NCBI GenBank assembly: GCA_951406725.2
Contig: OX597818.1
Coordinates: 64,356,001-64,420,000, forward strand
Length of the DNA: 64,000 bases
Reading direction: 5' to 3'
Origin: Octopus vulgaris
Lineage: Eukaryota
In this document: in pieces, positions 1 to 13,949 of the stretch
How positions within the stretch are numbered: position 1 is the first letter of the stretch
Layout: every line of letters begins with the position of its first letter
Program-made: the position numbers and the translations under genes
Notes under the pieces: generated by a model
What the model was told of the DNA's origin: nothing
The model's input: only the letters and a program-made list of their open reading frames with translations
Database searches by the model: none

Positions 1-169
1 TTTGAATCAACAGGCCTTCTCAAGCACTGCATAATACCCGGCGGTTGAAGTACAGTTTGTAATTAATTTCTTTTCTTTATTCCTCTCTTCTTGTTTTCGA
101 TTTCACCTTAGAAATACTTTCCCAAGTTTCAAGTCACTTTAAGTAAAACCTTTCGGTTTAATAACACTG

Positions 170-455
170 TGTACAAACTCTATACTTGGAATGACCAATT
201 TTAAATACTATTGGAACTTATTCACAAGGTATTAGAATCTTATATGTACACCATTCTGCCTAAATAATAGATCTGCAGATGTAATATCCCTGCATATATC
301 ACTTCTATTTTCATTCTTCCACTTTAATCACACAGTCTCCGATGAAGGGATATATAAAATATCCCGGAAACTGCTGTAAAACCTACTATTTATAAAGGTT
401 CTAAAATCTTTCACAGCCTTGGATTTTTATCTCATTGTGAAATTTGTTTTTTATA
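170..455 (+). mobile_element. Penelope-like (PLE)-type non-coding end fragment carrying a hammerhead-like motif; homologous to 23335-23670
   Basis: Shares blocks (gaatgac..tttaaat, gaatctta..taccattctgcctaaa, tctccgatgaagggatat..atatcc.ggaaac.gctgtaa) with 23335-23670 and ends at a (TA)n tract. Confidence 0.6.
334..383 (+). ncRNA. Minimal type I hammerhead-like motif, CCGAUGA core variant, partly decayed
   Basis: AGTCT-CCGATGA-A-GGGATAT/ATATCCC-G-GAAAC-TGCT-GTA-AAACC. Stem II is perfect; stems I and III are mutated relative to the 23.5 kb copy. Confidence 0.5.
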
Positions 456-621
456 TATATATACATGCTGATATATGGCCTTAGTTGGACTCCTCATTCG
501 CATAATCACCAAACCTCGAGCTTAACTATAGTCTGTCCATAGCACTAATTCAGCATTAACTGACAGCTTTGGGTCTTATTGACACCATTACATCTCATAA
601 CCCTATATATATATATATATA

Positions 622-997
622 CTAGCAGTATCGCCCGGCGTTGCTCATGTTTGTAAGGGAAATAACTATATAAGCATTTTTAGAGAGTTATAGCCAAAAA
701 ATAGCAATAAAAGGCATTAACAATGGAAAAAAAAATATGGTAATTTTTTTTTTAAATCGTTGACTCATCGTAGACATTTTTAGAGAGCTACTTCACTTAT
801 ATAATAGCGAAAAATGATGGTAATTTTTTTTTAAATCGTAGACTCATCGTAGACGCGCGCTAATACCCAGAAAGGCTTGATATGAATCACGACTATAAGA
901 TACCCGGTTTTGGTTAAACTGCACCGCAAAATGTGGGAGTAGTTAGGAATCTAAATCGTAGGAGACAAACACACAACTTCACTTTTATATATAAAGA
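622..997 (-). mobile_element. Non-autonomous Helitron-like element
   Basis: Minus strand starts A|TCTTTATATATAAAA and ends ..GAGCAACGCCGGGCGATACTGCTAG|T: 5' TC, GC-rich subterminal hairpin relic, 3' CTAG, A/T insertion site. Internal tandem repeats (catttttagagag; atggtaattttttttaaatcgt.gactcatcgtagac). Confidence 0.7.
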
Positions 998-1929
998 TAT
1001 GAAATTATACACCCAAATACAGGAGCACTAGCACACGCAGACACACACAGAAACATACATATATCTTACCAAAATACTTGCTATAGTATTAATTAAATTA
1101 ATTAAACTAGTTTCCTACACTGGATGAATAATATAGACCTGATTGAAGTTAGAGTAATGAATTTTTAGGAAGAACTTCTTTCCTAACCTAATGCGATGCC
1201 GTATGTTTGCTGGAGACGTTTATCAAAACAAAAGAACTGAAAAGTGTAGCCTGGTCTACATATATCAGCCTCGAAGGAGGAACAACAGGACGTCGTTTTA
1301 CTAATTTCTTTCGATAAGAAAACGATTAACTGAAACTTGACTTCCATTTTATTTTTTATGTTCCAAACATTTTCTTAATTAAATTCCATCGATTTATAAA
1401 TCACAATCTGTAAAAACATAATGTCAAACAAACAGAAATAAACCATAAATAACTACTCTAAATTCAATCGTTGTTTAACATTAATTTTTATAAGTAGAGC
1501 TAAAAACAAATACGATAACACACAACAAACTCGGTAGGGAAAATGGCACAACATTCAACTTTAAATATATGACCCATGTTTATTTGTTTACAAAATATCT
1601 CTAGTGAAAACAAAAACATTGTTGATTCATTTGTAAGTATGTAGTAATATAATGATTAAATACCTAAGTTCATAGCCGTTGAGTAATTTTGATTTTCGTT
1701 TGCTTTCGCACGTATATAGAAAAACAACTGGAAATAATTCTTCTTGGAAAACTGAGATGGTTGTAATCAAACTTCTTCAATATACATGTATATACATGTA
1801 TATACATGTATATACATGTATAAATTTATGCGTTTCTGTGTGTGTGCGTGTCTCCGTGAGCATGTGCGATTCTGTGTGCGGAGATGTAGATAGTTAGATA
1901 GATGGATGGACAGATACATATATAGGTAG

Positions 1930-1951
1930 ACAGAGAGAGAGAGACAGACAG

Positions 1952-2016
<65 letters not shown>

Positions 2017-2022
2017 TATGAT

Positions 2023-2090
<68 letters not shown>
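1930..2090. repeat. Compound microsatellite (GA)n/(TA)n/(GATA)n
   Basis: Direct reading; representative of dozens of similar tracts across the window. Confidence 0.95.
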
Positions 2091-2091
<1 letters not shown>

Positions 2092-2110
2092 AATGAGTTT
2101 CTTGGTAAAA

Positions 2111-2520
2111 GGCGGCGAGCTGGCAGAAACGTTAGTACGCTCAGCGAAATGTTTAGCGGTATTTCGTCTGCCGTTACGTTCTGAGTTCAAATTCCGACGC
2201 TGTCCCCTTTGTCTTTCATCCTTTCGGGGTCGATAAATTAAGTACCAGTTACGCACTAGGTTCGATATAATCGACTTAATCCGTTTGTCTGTCCTTGTTT
2301 GTCTCTTCTGTGTTTATCCCCTTGCGGGAGGTAAGGAAATAGGTGTTTCGTCTGTCGTTACATTCTGAGTTCAAATTCCGCCGGGGTTGACATTGCCTTT
2401 CATCCTTTCGGGGTCGATTAAATAAGTAGTACTAATGCGGTGGGGTCACTCTAATCGACTGAATCCCTTTGCCTGTCCTTGTTTGTCCCCTCTATATTTA
2501 GCACCGTTTGGGCAATAAAT
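2111..2520 (+). mobile_element. tRNA-derived SINE family B, with its 3' two-thirds tandemly duplicated
   Basis: GGCGGCGAGCTGGCAGAAACGTTAG head, B-box-like GAGTTCAAATTCC, central CTTTCATCCTTTCGGGGTCGATAAATTAAGTACC. A second partial unit starts at about 2343. Near-identical copy at 27601-27830 (-). Confidence 0.85.
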
Positions 2521-4316
2521 TTATGCGTTTCTCGAATCCATTTAAATAAAAGGCATCTATATGGCGGAAAGTATACACGTCATTTAGCTCTGACAAGTTA
2601 TACAACGTCGTATCTCCATCCAAGTCTGTGTGCAGGTTGCATTTCGGCAGAAACTCTTCATCTTACATGCTGTTTTGTCCGTGTATGTGTTCTTTATTAA
2701 CTGACTTTGTACACACAGAGCTAACGTTGTGGTTATTCGTATACACGGAGTTGTAAAAGTTTATCAAATTCATAAAATCACTGTGTGTTGATGTGTGCTT
2801 GTGTTTGCTTGTGTATGAATATGTATGTGTATTTGTTTGTGTGTGCATGTGTGTGTGTGTTATTTACGTTAGAATTTTTTTCTGTCATTACGGTATTTGG
2901 AACTTTAATGACTTATATCAATTTGTATGTATGTACTGCTCCTTAAGGAGAAAATTCGAAGTATGTAATGAGGAATAAAATAACGTTAAACTGAATGTGA
3001 CCAAGAAGTACTATTCAAGCAAGTCACCTGATGACGTGCCGGTATAGAGCTGCTGTTGTACAAAATTCACTTATGCAATTCTTCATATAATATTTATCTT
3101 ATAGTATGGATATGGAAGTCTCAGCTAGCAACATATGTTGCCATTGCATAGAAACAATTGCTGTGAGCCGGAATTAATGCTTCATTTCTCCGTATTCTTA
3201 TTATATGTGAATGTGTGTTTGTGGGGGGGGGTACGTATGAAGGAGAATTAAGACAAAATGAAGAGAGAGAGAGAGAGCGAGAAAGAGAGATATAGATAAT
3301 TGGAGAATGCCTACTTAAGCAATGTCCTAAATATATAACGTACATTCTGTAATCTCAAATTACATATGATATTTTATTGTTTATTATTTCGCTATTTCTC
3401 ATAACATATTGAAGTATATCTCATTTATTTCTAGACAAGATGGATAATTAGATATTAAGTGTAACGTATCGATTTTTAGAATTAATGCAATATTTTTTTA
3501 GAAGGAAGTTAAACTGGTTATTTAACAAAACAATAATATTTCTACCACATAATATTTATTCAATTCTCTGTAATATATTTCTTTCTAAACACTCTTCAGT
3601 TTGAGAATGCTCGCTGCACTGTGTTCTGTTTAAATTAGAAATTCGATTTTATTATTTTTCTTTATAACTATCGATATTTAATTCCAATATTCCGATTAAA
3701 GTATTTGTTCTGTTGTTTCTGCTTTGCATTTACGCCATTTTATCTTCTACACAATAGATAATCTTGTTTTCAAAATTCATGTAGTACTTTTTTTTTAATC
3801 AATTGGCGATTTTCTGTGTATGAAAATATTTACACGAAATTAAAAGAGGAAATTGCTAAGTCAAATAATATTATAAACGTTACAATATTTTATTCCATGC
3901 TTGTATTTGTAATGATTTCTTTTTATCTCTATCTTAACTAAGGTCACAAGACAATTCTTATTAGTGTTCATAGAATTTCGTATGACTTTATGCAAGAAAA
4001 CTGTTGAGAAATTTGATACCAGACTCATAGAAATTATTAAATTAGGAAATTTGTGTGTATTCAGTTGTGGTGTAGTTTCAAATTATTCTCAATTTTTTAT
4101 ATTTATGTATTTCAAAAGCAGAAATGGTTATTGGTTAACGAGATCAAATATTTTTGAAGTTGTAGTCGACAAATCAGAGGGTAACGTGCCCAAATTTAGT
4201 ATTTGCGCCCTAATCAAAAGAATGTGTGCGTCATTAGTGTATTGGCCGCGCGATCTAATGATGGTTTCCATTCCTAGGAATGTTTAGGACTCAGATAAAT
4301 GTAATCTGATAAACTA

Positions 4317-4541
4317 TTGGGTGGGCCGGAAAGTTCGTGCCAATTTTTAAATGAAGGAAAAAGGTCAATAAAAACTTGCCATTACATTTTAAATCAACCA
4401 AATATGAACCATTTTGTTGCACAATGCGTCTCCATCTTTCCTTTAACTTGAAAATACCTTCTTCCCAGAATTGAGGTGCCTGGGAGGGTAAGTCGAAAGG
4501 TAAGCAACTATAAATCGGCACGAACTTTCCGGACAACCCAA
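4317..4541 (-). mobile_element. Internally deleted mariner element (MITE-like)
   Basis: About 30-bp TIRs TTGGGTGGGCCGGAAAGTTCGTGCCAATTT / AAATCGGCACGAACTTTCCGGACAACCCAA, TA on both flanks. Minus strand encodes a mariner transposase C-terminus, FWEEGIFKLKERWRRIVQQNGSY. Confidence 0.9.
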
Positions 4542-5290
4542 TATACTAACATTCTGCTTGAAATCAAAGTCCTTTTTTTAAAAATATAGCATTATAGTTG
4601 TTGTGTGCCTGTGTCTACGTTTCAAGGAATTTTTCTGCAAATATGTATGTAACATGTATAATCTGACTCCTACTAAATTAGCGACACTCCAGACTATACG
4701 CCAGGAAGATATTCATGAATGAAAAATATCTGTGGAAGCACACCGAGGTAAACTTCCAACGGGACATTGTATCCATATTGGATCTGGTGCTCATTTTAGC
4801 CTAATTTCCTCCCAAGTGCAGGAGACCATAAACAATCACAATGGATGCTCATATTTCCGGAGGACAGATATATAGAATACTATAAAGTTTAGGACTCTGT
4901 CAGACGAAATAATTAAATAACTACTAATATGGGACACATTGGGTTTCGTTTGACGTCATGAGCTTCCTCACCGTAAAAATACAAAAGACCAGAGGTAGGT
5001 TGTAGTCCAGCGATATACTCCTCTTATATGGAATGTATTAGATACAACAATGAAGAGCTTAACTCTCGCGAGGTGTGATGAGGAATGTAAGGTTCGATAG
5101 TTCCAATTGATTTATCATTGTAATTATTGATCTGTTGTAGTGTATATCAAACAAACCTATAAGCACTAGTAAATTGTTATTCCAATATTGCAATGATTTG
5201 ATTGTCACTAACACACATGTCTGTATATACAGGCACTTACTCACTCACACGCGCACGAACACACAAGAGAAAACACACACACACACACAC

Positions 5291-5326
<36 letters not shown>

Positions 5327-5378
5327 GCGTATACATACATATACATATGTACATTTATGTATGCATATATATATATGT

Positions 5379-5689
5379 GGAGACTCAATGGCCCAGTAGT
5401 TAGGGGAGAAGACTCGCGGTCGTAGGATCGCGGTTTCGATCCCCAGGCCGGGCGTTGTGAGTGTTTATTGAGCAAAAACACCTAAAGCTCTACGAGTCTC
5501 CGGCAGTGTGTGGTGGCGACCCTTGCTGTACTCTTTCGCCACAAATTTCTCTCACTCTTTCTTCTCTTGTCCTGCTCGCTTAGCCACCGTAGTGGCGTCA
5601 TTTGAAGGCTAAGTCAATGTGAAGCGCATTCTGACAAGCGAAGTGTAGCAGCATCTGATAGCCTGGTCAGTCACGATGATCACGGTGAT
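5379..5689 (+). mobile_element. tRNA-derived SINE family C
   Basis: A-box-like TGGCCCAGTAGTTAGG, B-box-like GGTTTCGATCCCC, tail (TCACG.TGA)x2; inserted in (TA)n. Confidence 0.7.
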
Positions 5690-5747
5690 ATATATATATA
5701 TATATATATGTATTTAACATATAGCATATAGTATATATATATATATA

Positions 5748-5871
5748 GGCGCAGGAGTGGCTGTGTGGTAAGTAGCTTGTTTACCAACCACATGGTTCCG
5801 GGTTAAGTCCCACTGTGTGGCACCTTGGGCAAGTGTCTTCTACTATAGCCTCGGGCCGACCAAAGCCTTTG
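5748..5871 (+). mobile_element. SINE family A (tRNA head plus CORE-like domain), 3'-truncated
   Basis: GGCGCAGGAGTGGCTGTGTGGTAAG..GGTTAAGTCCC..CACCTTGGGCAAGTGTCTT. Confidence 0.85.
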
Positions 5872-5970
5872 CCATCATCATTATTTATACTCTTGGAGTT
5901 AGTGTTGTTGCGCCTGTTTATGACGTTAATTATTAACGGTGTGTATATGGGTTTGTATTCATGTAGTTAT

Positions 5971-6018
<48 letters not shown>

Positions 6019-6267
6019 CACACACTCACACACAGATATATATATACATACATGCATCCATACACATACACACATGCATATATATATACATATACTTACA
6101 TATGAATACATATATATATGTATATATATACATATATGCATATATATATGTGTGTGTGTGTGTAGATATAGGCACGTATATATCTCTATATGTTTTGTCT
6201 GTGTATGTGTGTGTTTGTGTGTGTGTATGAGTGTGTTATATGTTTTGTACGTATAGTCACAAGGTAT

Positions 6268-6310
<43 letters not shown>

Positions 6311-7812
6311 GATGCATGTGGGCATAAGGGTGTTTTGCTTAGAATGCGTGGATGTGTGTGAAAATATGAGCGAAGTTCAACTTTGCACCGACTATAAATA
6401 TAGGAAATGTAATTAAGCAAAATATAACATCATCAAGACAAGACGATTTTATTTTAAATACATTTTTTTTATTTCATAAATGTGGGCTTAAAAATTGTAA
6501 ATTTACCAGGAAAAATTATTTCATGATATTAGTTTTATTTGTAATCAGTGAAACCATAGTTTTGATGTATTTGCAAAGTTCAGTCATTAGATATATTTTA
6601 AAAGAAGGAAGAATTTTATTGGAATATAATTCTTGCTTGTGTGTGTGTCCATGGCATTTACACATATTTTCATTGCATTTCCATTACTCACTGATGCAAT
6701 CATTACAATCCACTAAGTTGAACTTATATATATATATATATAAAAAGGGGAAATATATATCGCGCGTAAAATAATAGCGAATACATACAAAGGTCAGGAA
6801 ATGATTGACCGTTCTGGGCATGAACAAAGTGCTGTAGTCAATTATAAAATTATATAAGATAATAATACAAATCATAAATTCACTTTGTCAGAATAACGTC
6901 ATATACATCATGTCTGCTTGAAAAAAAATGTATTTGTCGAAGTGATTGTATGGAAATACACGTACATATAAAGAACACGGTGTGTATATGTATACGTGTA
7001 TATATGAGTATACATATATAAGTATGTATGTATATAAATTTATATACATGCACACATACAAATGAGCTTGAGTTTTGAACATATATGAAGACAGTAAGAA
7101 ATATAAAATTATAAACACACGTGCAATGTATATATATATATATATACGTATGTATATATATTTGCATATATATAAATATATATATACATGTGTGTGTGTA
7201 TGTATATATATATATATGTATATACGCATACGTATATAAACATATATATACATGTACATACATATGTATATATATGCATATCTATATAAGTATATACATA
7301 TATGGATATTTATTTCTGTGTATATACATACACACATAGACAAAAAAAAATATATATATATATACATATATAAACATATATATATATACGAAAATTTATA
7401 AAACTCTAGAAAAAGCATTAATCAATAGTTCACGGTTCATGCAATTATATTTGTCCTCATCAGAAATATTGGAATAAATTTCAATTTTTGAAAACCAAGA
7501 CACACATTTAGACAGAAGACTAAAATTTATGGCTAAAAATAAATATCACGTCTAGGTTTCTACAAGTTCACGAATCAAAGTCAAATATATTTATTTATAT
7601 AGTTTTCTTTCATGCTGATTAATAGACTTCTGAAAATGATAGTCATAAAAATATATTTAACTATTTCAGATATGCGCTGATGATAAATGTAAAGCTAATG
7701 ATTTATATCTGTCTTATCGTAAGGAACAAGAACGGTATTAATAGATGTATTTATATGAAGAGAAAAGATATACAGTCATGTGCCTAAATCAGTCTGTGTG
7801 CACATGTTTGTA

Positions 7813-7875
<63 letters not shown>

Positions 7876-7899
7876 GATTCACTCTCTCTCTGGATAAAT

Positions 7900-8306
7900 G
7901 TGGTACAATGGTTATGTCTCTTCTACTATATCACCTGGCCGACAAAAAATCGTAAGTGGATTTGCTAGACGGAAACTGAAAGAAGCGCGCCACATGCATG
8001 TGTGAAACCCTCCTTCCCTTCTTTCCCGAGCGTCAATAATACTTTAATTGTTCCACGTCCTGCGTTGCTGTGTTATTTTTCTTTTTTCTGTGTTTTCTTG
8101 TTTGGATTAACTTTATATATATATGTATACATGTTTGTGTGTCTGTATTTGTCCCCCCACCGAACTAGGTGAGTTTACGTCCTCAGTAACATTGCAGTTC
8201 GTCAAATGTGACCTGTAGAATAAGAACTAGGCTAACAAAGAATAAGCACTGAGGTCGATTTGATCGATCAATGTAGGTGCTCCAGCATGATGCCCATAGT
8301 CAAATG
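7900..8306 (+). mobile_element. Old SINE family A copy interrupted by another repeat fragment (about 8005-8115)
   Basis: Diverged matches: agacggaaactgaaagaagc, agaataag.act.ggct.acaaagaataag, ggtgctccagcatg. Confidence 0.6.
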
Positions 8307-8458
8307 CATATACACATACACGCATATGTGTATATATATATAGCGAGAGAGAGAGAGAGAAAGAGAAGGAGAGAGGGCGGAGTGAAGAGGATGTAGCGGG
8401 ATTGATAGATATATGTGTATAGACATACGGCTGTGTGTGTGTGTATCGACATGCATAT

Positions 8459-8855
8459 TACTCTTTTACTCTTTTACTTGTTTCAGTCAGTTGACTGCGG
8501 CCATGCTGGAGCACCACCTTTAGTCGAGCAAATCGATCCCGGGACTTATTCTTTGTAAGCCCAGTACTTATTCTGTCGGTCTCTTTTGCCGAACCGCTAA
8601 GTAACGAGGATGTAAACACACCAGCATCGGTTGCCAAGCAATGCTAGGGGAACAAACACAGACACACACACATATATATATATACATATATACGACAGGC
8701 TTCTTTCAGTTTCCGTCTACCAAATCCACGCACAAGCCATTAGTCGGGCCGGGGCTATAGCAGAAGACAGTTGCCCAAGGTGCCACGCAGTGGGACTGAA
8801 CCCGGAACCATGTGGTTGGTTAGCAAGCTACTTACCACACAGCCACTCCTGCGCC
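8459..8855 (-). mobile_element. SINE family A, full length
   Basis: Reverse complement runs from GGCGCAGGAGTGGCTGTGTGG to a (GTAAAAGA)n tail, with an internal TA/TG microsatellite. The CCTTGGGCAA motif resembles the CORE domain of CORE-SINEs. Confidence 0.9.
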
Positions 8856-9831
8856 TATATGTCTGTTAATTGTTTGCTTGTTTCATTCATTTGACTGCGG
8901 CCCTGTTGGACCCCTCCTACGTGAATATTTTGTACATATAAAGTAAGGGTCAATTTTTAGTTGTTTACCATGCACAAAACTGAGTTGCCTGTTATTTCCT
9001 TCGACGATACCTCTTCTATAATCGGCGAGTGTTTTCTAGCTGTCCCTTTTCTAATATATTTCTCATGAAGTCAACATTGTATTTCATTCCTCCGTCTAAA
9101 AAAACACAGTACAATAGGGCAGTTGGATAATTCTGGTTGCACTGCCATAATAATTCGTATCTTTGCAAGCACGGCAAACATAATCAACCGTGAATCTTAC
9201 CACAAACATGAAACTCTGCTGTCGGGAGAATTTGCAGCGTTAGGTCACTGGGCAAAGAATATTTTCTTGTCTCCTTTTCAAAACTGTGAATGCCCTAAAT
9301 AAAAATTGAAAAAACAATTATAGCTGGCATGGAGACTAAAGCTCAATAGATGTGAACATTTGACATACCAAATGTATCGTTTTTGCTTTTATATTTATTA
9401 ATTTTTTTAATACATTTTTTTTTAGAATGGTTTTCACGACACGAAAATCTCACTTTCTAAAACAATGATATATGGAAAACTGAAATGACAATCTACTCTT
9501 TGATACATTAATATACCGATTACATAATTCAAATCAACGTCTCATAATTAATACAATCCACAGAAAAGGTGAAACTATCGCGAATCCCAATGGCACCTTT
9601 GCTGCAACGTCTACAATACCTACTTCAATGACAATACAATGCAAACTACAGCTAAAATTGGTCAGCCACTCGAGATACTGCGGTTCATAGTGAACACCAG
9701 TCCCGCAGCTTCAGCTTCCAGCGCAACCCTGAAACAATCAAAAGGATTCGAATCACCAGCCCTTTGGGGTTTTTTTTGGCAAACATTTGAACTTCCAGAG
9801 TTGATCTAATAAAATATTAAGTCGATTTAAT

Positions 9832-10224
9832 TACTCTTTTACTTGTTTCAGTCATTTGACTGCGGTCATGCTGGAGCACCGCCTTTAGTCGAGCAAATCG
9901 ACCCCGGGACTTATTCTTTGTAAGCCCAGTACTTATTCTATCGGTCTCTTTTGCCGAACCGCTAAGTGATTGGGACGTAAACACACCAGCATCGGTTATT
10001 AAGCAATGCTAGGGGAACAAACACACACACATACACATATATACATATATATACATATATACGACAGGCTTCTTTCAGTTTCCGTCTACTAAATCCACTC
10101 ACAAGGCATTGGTCGGCCCGGGGCTATAGCAGAAGACACTTGCCCAAGATGCCACGCAGTGGGACTGAACCCGGAACCATGTGGTTGGTTAGCAAGCTAC
10201 TTACCACACGGCCACTCCTGCGCC
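9832..10224 (-). mobile_element. SINE family A, full length
   Basis: Near-identical to 8459-8855. Confidence 0.9.
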
Positions 10225-10977
10225 TATAATTCATGTAATTTTTTTTTTTTTTTTTTGTTGCAGGATGACTGTCTTGTCTAATTAACAGATTGAAAACGGT
10301 AGGATATTTTGATAAAACTATAATTGCATTCTTTGTAATGTTCTCACAGAATTTCATGATGTTGATCACCCACAGACTCTCACTGCGTGATGTGTTAATA
10401 CTCTTTTCACTCGGTGATATACGAACATCATGCTCATCGATATTGTTATAAAAGGAGTTCGCCAATAATTTTAAATAGATTCAGTATCACATAAGGCAGA
10501 AAGCACTACAGTGATAGGACTCCTTCATCTTCCCAGGAATTGAAGCTCATTTCACGCTTCTCTAGATTATTCATAGGCACCGACATTTCAGCAGTAAAGT
10601 CGAATAACTTTGTGTGAAGCCACACATATTTGGCTTGCATAGAGCTTTTCATGTTTGGATCAGCAAACAGCAGAGCTTCAAAAGGAAATATTTAACCTTC
10701 ACACTAATTTTCCTCATTAAACATTCTATGGATGTGAACTTATACAGTCTAGTGCCCTACACTCCGCCGATATCAATCACTTCCATGGCTGGAGATTGTT
10801 ATCGGCGTATTTGCTACGCATTTGTAAAAAAAATATTTCGTAGCACAAAAGAAATAACATGAAGTACAAGTGAGAATTGAACATGAAGCAATGAAGGAAA
10901 ACAATTTTCAGTGAATCCGTTATGCATATCCCAGAGATTTTAATGCATGCAATACAGCTCAGTGCAAACTTACCTCA

Positions 10978-11195
10978 GGTGTTTCAGTCAATGGGTTGCG
11001 GACATGCTAGGGCAAAGCGCTGAAAAATTTCAGTCAAACTGACCGACAGCAATACTTGTTTTTTAAGCCTGGCACTTATTCTATCGTTCTCTTTGGCCAA
11101 ACTGTTAAATTACGGGAATATAACACGTCAAACTCGATTGTTAAGTGGTAGTGAATGACAGACAAAACAACACACGTAGAAACAAACATACATAT
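10978..11195 (-). mobile_element. Old SINE family A 3' fragment
   Basis: gtttcagtca..gcgg.catgct.g, cacttattctatcg.tctcttt.gcc.aac. Confidence 0.55.
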
Positions 11196-11260
11196 AATTA
11201 CATACATATACACACATACATATATGTATTTATATGTATGTATATATATATGTACATATA

Positions 11261-11307
<47 letters not shown>

Positions 11308-11377
11308 GCATGTACATATAGAGATAGATAGGTATAGATATATGTATATATATATATATATATATATAAACAAAGTG

Positions 11378-11411
<34 letters not shown>

Positions 11412-11422
11412 TATATAAACAA

Positions 11423-11619
11423 GTGATGCAGCACGGACTTAAACAGGTCGCGGATTTTAGCGACGAAAATATTTTGACAAATTAAACTTAAATGTTGGAG
11501 TGAATCGAACGGCTTTTGTGTGTTTCTTAAATGGCTTATAAACACATCCCACGCTGCAATTGTTTTCGTTTCAGCACACGATCTCAGATCAAATTACTTG
11601 CTATGCGAGTACATCTCCG

Positions 11620-11622
<3 letters not shown>
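11423..11622 (+). mobile_element. Single-arm copy of the G3-C8 hammerhead repeat family; catalytic core deleted
   Basis: Near-identical to 57719-57925 (-), but lacks TGTCAGTG (reads ggactt-aaacagg); embedded in (TA)n. Confidence 0.85.
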
Positions 11623-11672
<50 letters not shown>

Positions 11673-11872
11673 CATGCATGTATATCTATATACTTTATAA
11701 TTAGGGTTCAGCAGAGATTTGCTTCGCCACATACCGAAGTTTAGAAATAGCAGTAAAAAAATATTAGCTATTCCTTCTACTTTAAAGAGGGCTCCCAGAG
11801 AAACCAAAGTACTTGAAAACAATTCACGCAGGCAAAAGGGAAAAATAACGAAATTCAATCGGTATTAGTTTA

Positions 11873-11958
11873 CCCACGTACGCGCGTTTCGGAATTAGAT
11901 CGGTATAAAGAATAAATAGCTATACCTTACCCGATTATTTTCGGCTCATCAGCGTGGG
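11873..11958 (-). ncRNA. Type I hammerhead ribozyme motif, canonical core, long stem II
   Basis: Minus strand CCCACG-CTGATGA-[G..GGTATA..TATACC..C]-GAA-ACGCGCGT-A-CGTGGG: 6-bp stem I, palindromic stem III, GUA site. The base of stem II is imperfect. Confidence 0.75.
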
Positions 11959-12109
11959 ATTCCAGAAATGTTAATTATTAAAATTAAATTCGAAAGCACT
12001 AGAGAATATCTCTCCACCTAACGGTATCAGAGAGATCATATTCAGTGCAAGTGCCGCCAAATTCAAAATACGAATGAGATTTCATCACCCTAATATATAT
12101 AAGTCTTTT

Positions 12110-12203
12110 ACCGATCCAAGATATTCGCCAATGGGTCCACGCACTGGGATTGATCCCGGAACCATATGCTCGAGAAGTAAACTTGTTACCACACTGCTAC
12201 GCC
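12110..12203 (-). mobile_element. Old SINE family A 5' fragment
   Basis: ccacgcactgggattgatcccggaaccatatg..cttgttaccacac. Confidence 0.5.
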
Positions 12204-13949
12204 AACACCTAATTATTGAACATTTATCAACGGATTACCAGCATTTGCAAAAGCCCTCTTTACGTAACATTCAAGATATTTCATTCAAATTGCTGTGCAA
12301 TTCTTATGAAATAGGTTTTAGTAAAAGCATACACATTATCCCCTTCCTTCAATCCGAACTCAACATGTCTCCTACCTCCCAAACACTATACCTCCATACA
12401 ACATTATAGTTGATAACGAGAAAATAAAGCAGCATAGTTACTGTACTGTATCACTTGCGTAACAGTTCTATTGAAAAATTCTGTTTTTGTTGACCAGAAT
12501 TCTCAGTGTAGATGGTCACGTTGTAAATTATCTGCATGTACTTAAGCAACAACAATGAACGTACATTGAGAAAGCGCATATTTCTATGAAACAGAAGCAT
12601 TAAGTGAGCATAAAGTATATTTTCAAAACATCTGTCTTTTCTTGCGTTCTTCTGTTTCGCTCTCCTCATATCTGTCTTGTGTATTGATTGTGTAAGAAAC
12701 TCTAATATATCATGAATAACTGTGACACTGTCCATGTAAAGAGACCTCCATAGGTACAGATTTCCGATATTTATGGCATAAAATGTATAGTCTTACAAAG
12801 GTATACAAAGCCAGCAGTAAATTGTCGATTCTTTAAAATAATCGATCGTTGAAACAGCTGATATGCATCTGTACACATAGTAACTAATTTCCGGCTCATT
12901 AAAATAAACTGTTATTGTTTGAACATGTCCAATCAGCGGAAAATGAAATTCCACTTGATTTATTGTAAGTTTGCATCGTACATCAAGTAATATTGAAGTC
13001 TACACGGCATTTTGTATTTTCTTCACTAGTTTTTATCCATAAAGGGTTGAAACATTGGCAGTGATCACTCAACGTGAATCGATTTAAACATACTTTATTC
13101 AGAAAAAGTGATTGCGCATATTAGGAAAACTTTTTAGAAGTTTCATTAGTATTTCAATCTTAATATTTCCATTATAATTATTTCACTTGATCGATAATTC
13201 TGTTACATAGAATCTTTATCGGTATTGATATATCATCGTTGTCCAATTTAGATTATTTTTATATATTGTTATATGCTTGTTGCTCACTTATTGCTTATAA
13301 TCTGCAATAATACTTTAGCAGAATATAAGCAAATTACTTGTGTTCCAATATCTTAATTATTCGCATGTATATAACGATATATTCGATAAGAACATTAAAT
13401 ATTTTATTGAATGGATAAAGTATACTTTAGAAAATGCTGTCGTGGTCATTATCTGTGAACAATGATTTAGTAAAGAAAGGGTTATTTTAATAGTTTCGTG
13501 ATTTCTTCATAAAATATTAAATTCATAGAAGTGATGAACAATGCAGAATTAATCTATGTGTTGGTCATAATTAAGTGAATACCATCAAAAGAGTAAATTA
13601 CGTGAAATATTTAAAATCTCAATCAGAGCTGGGTTAATTAATTGATTTAGCAGGCCATTTCTCCGGCGGATGCCTTCATTGTAATTTGATATATAATTTC
13701 ACTTATCCTTTTATTGCATTTTTCACAGCCGTGAACTGAATACTAATCACTTATTGGTTTGGAAATGGTGTAAACTGTTGCCTTGAAAACCACCAATGGA
13801 TTTCTTAGAGAGTGAGGCTGTCTGCTAAATTAAAAGCCTTTTTTTCCCTTAAATCACCGACAGCCTCAATATCTAAGGGTTGGAATATTGAAAAATAAAG
13901 TGTTAGATCCATTTAAAATACTGAATGCTCATCACTGTAACTAGATTCA

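Noticed and set aside
3028-3060. CTGATGA at about 3028 (also about 7447 -, 40445 + and 61733 -)
   Set aside because: No properly placed stem II, GAAA and stem I could be paired.
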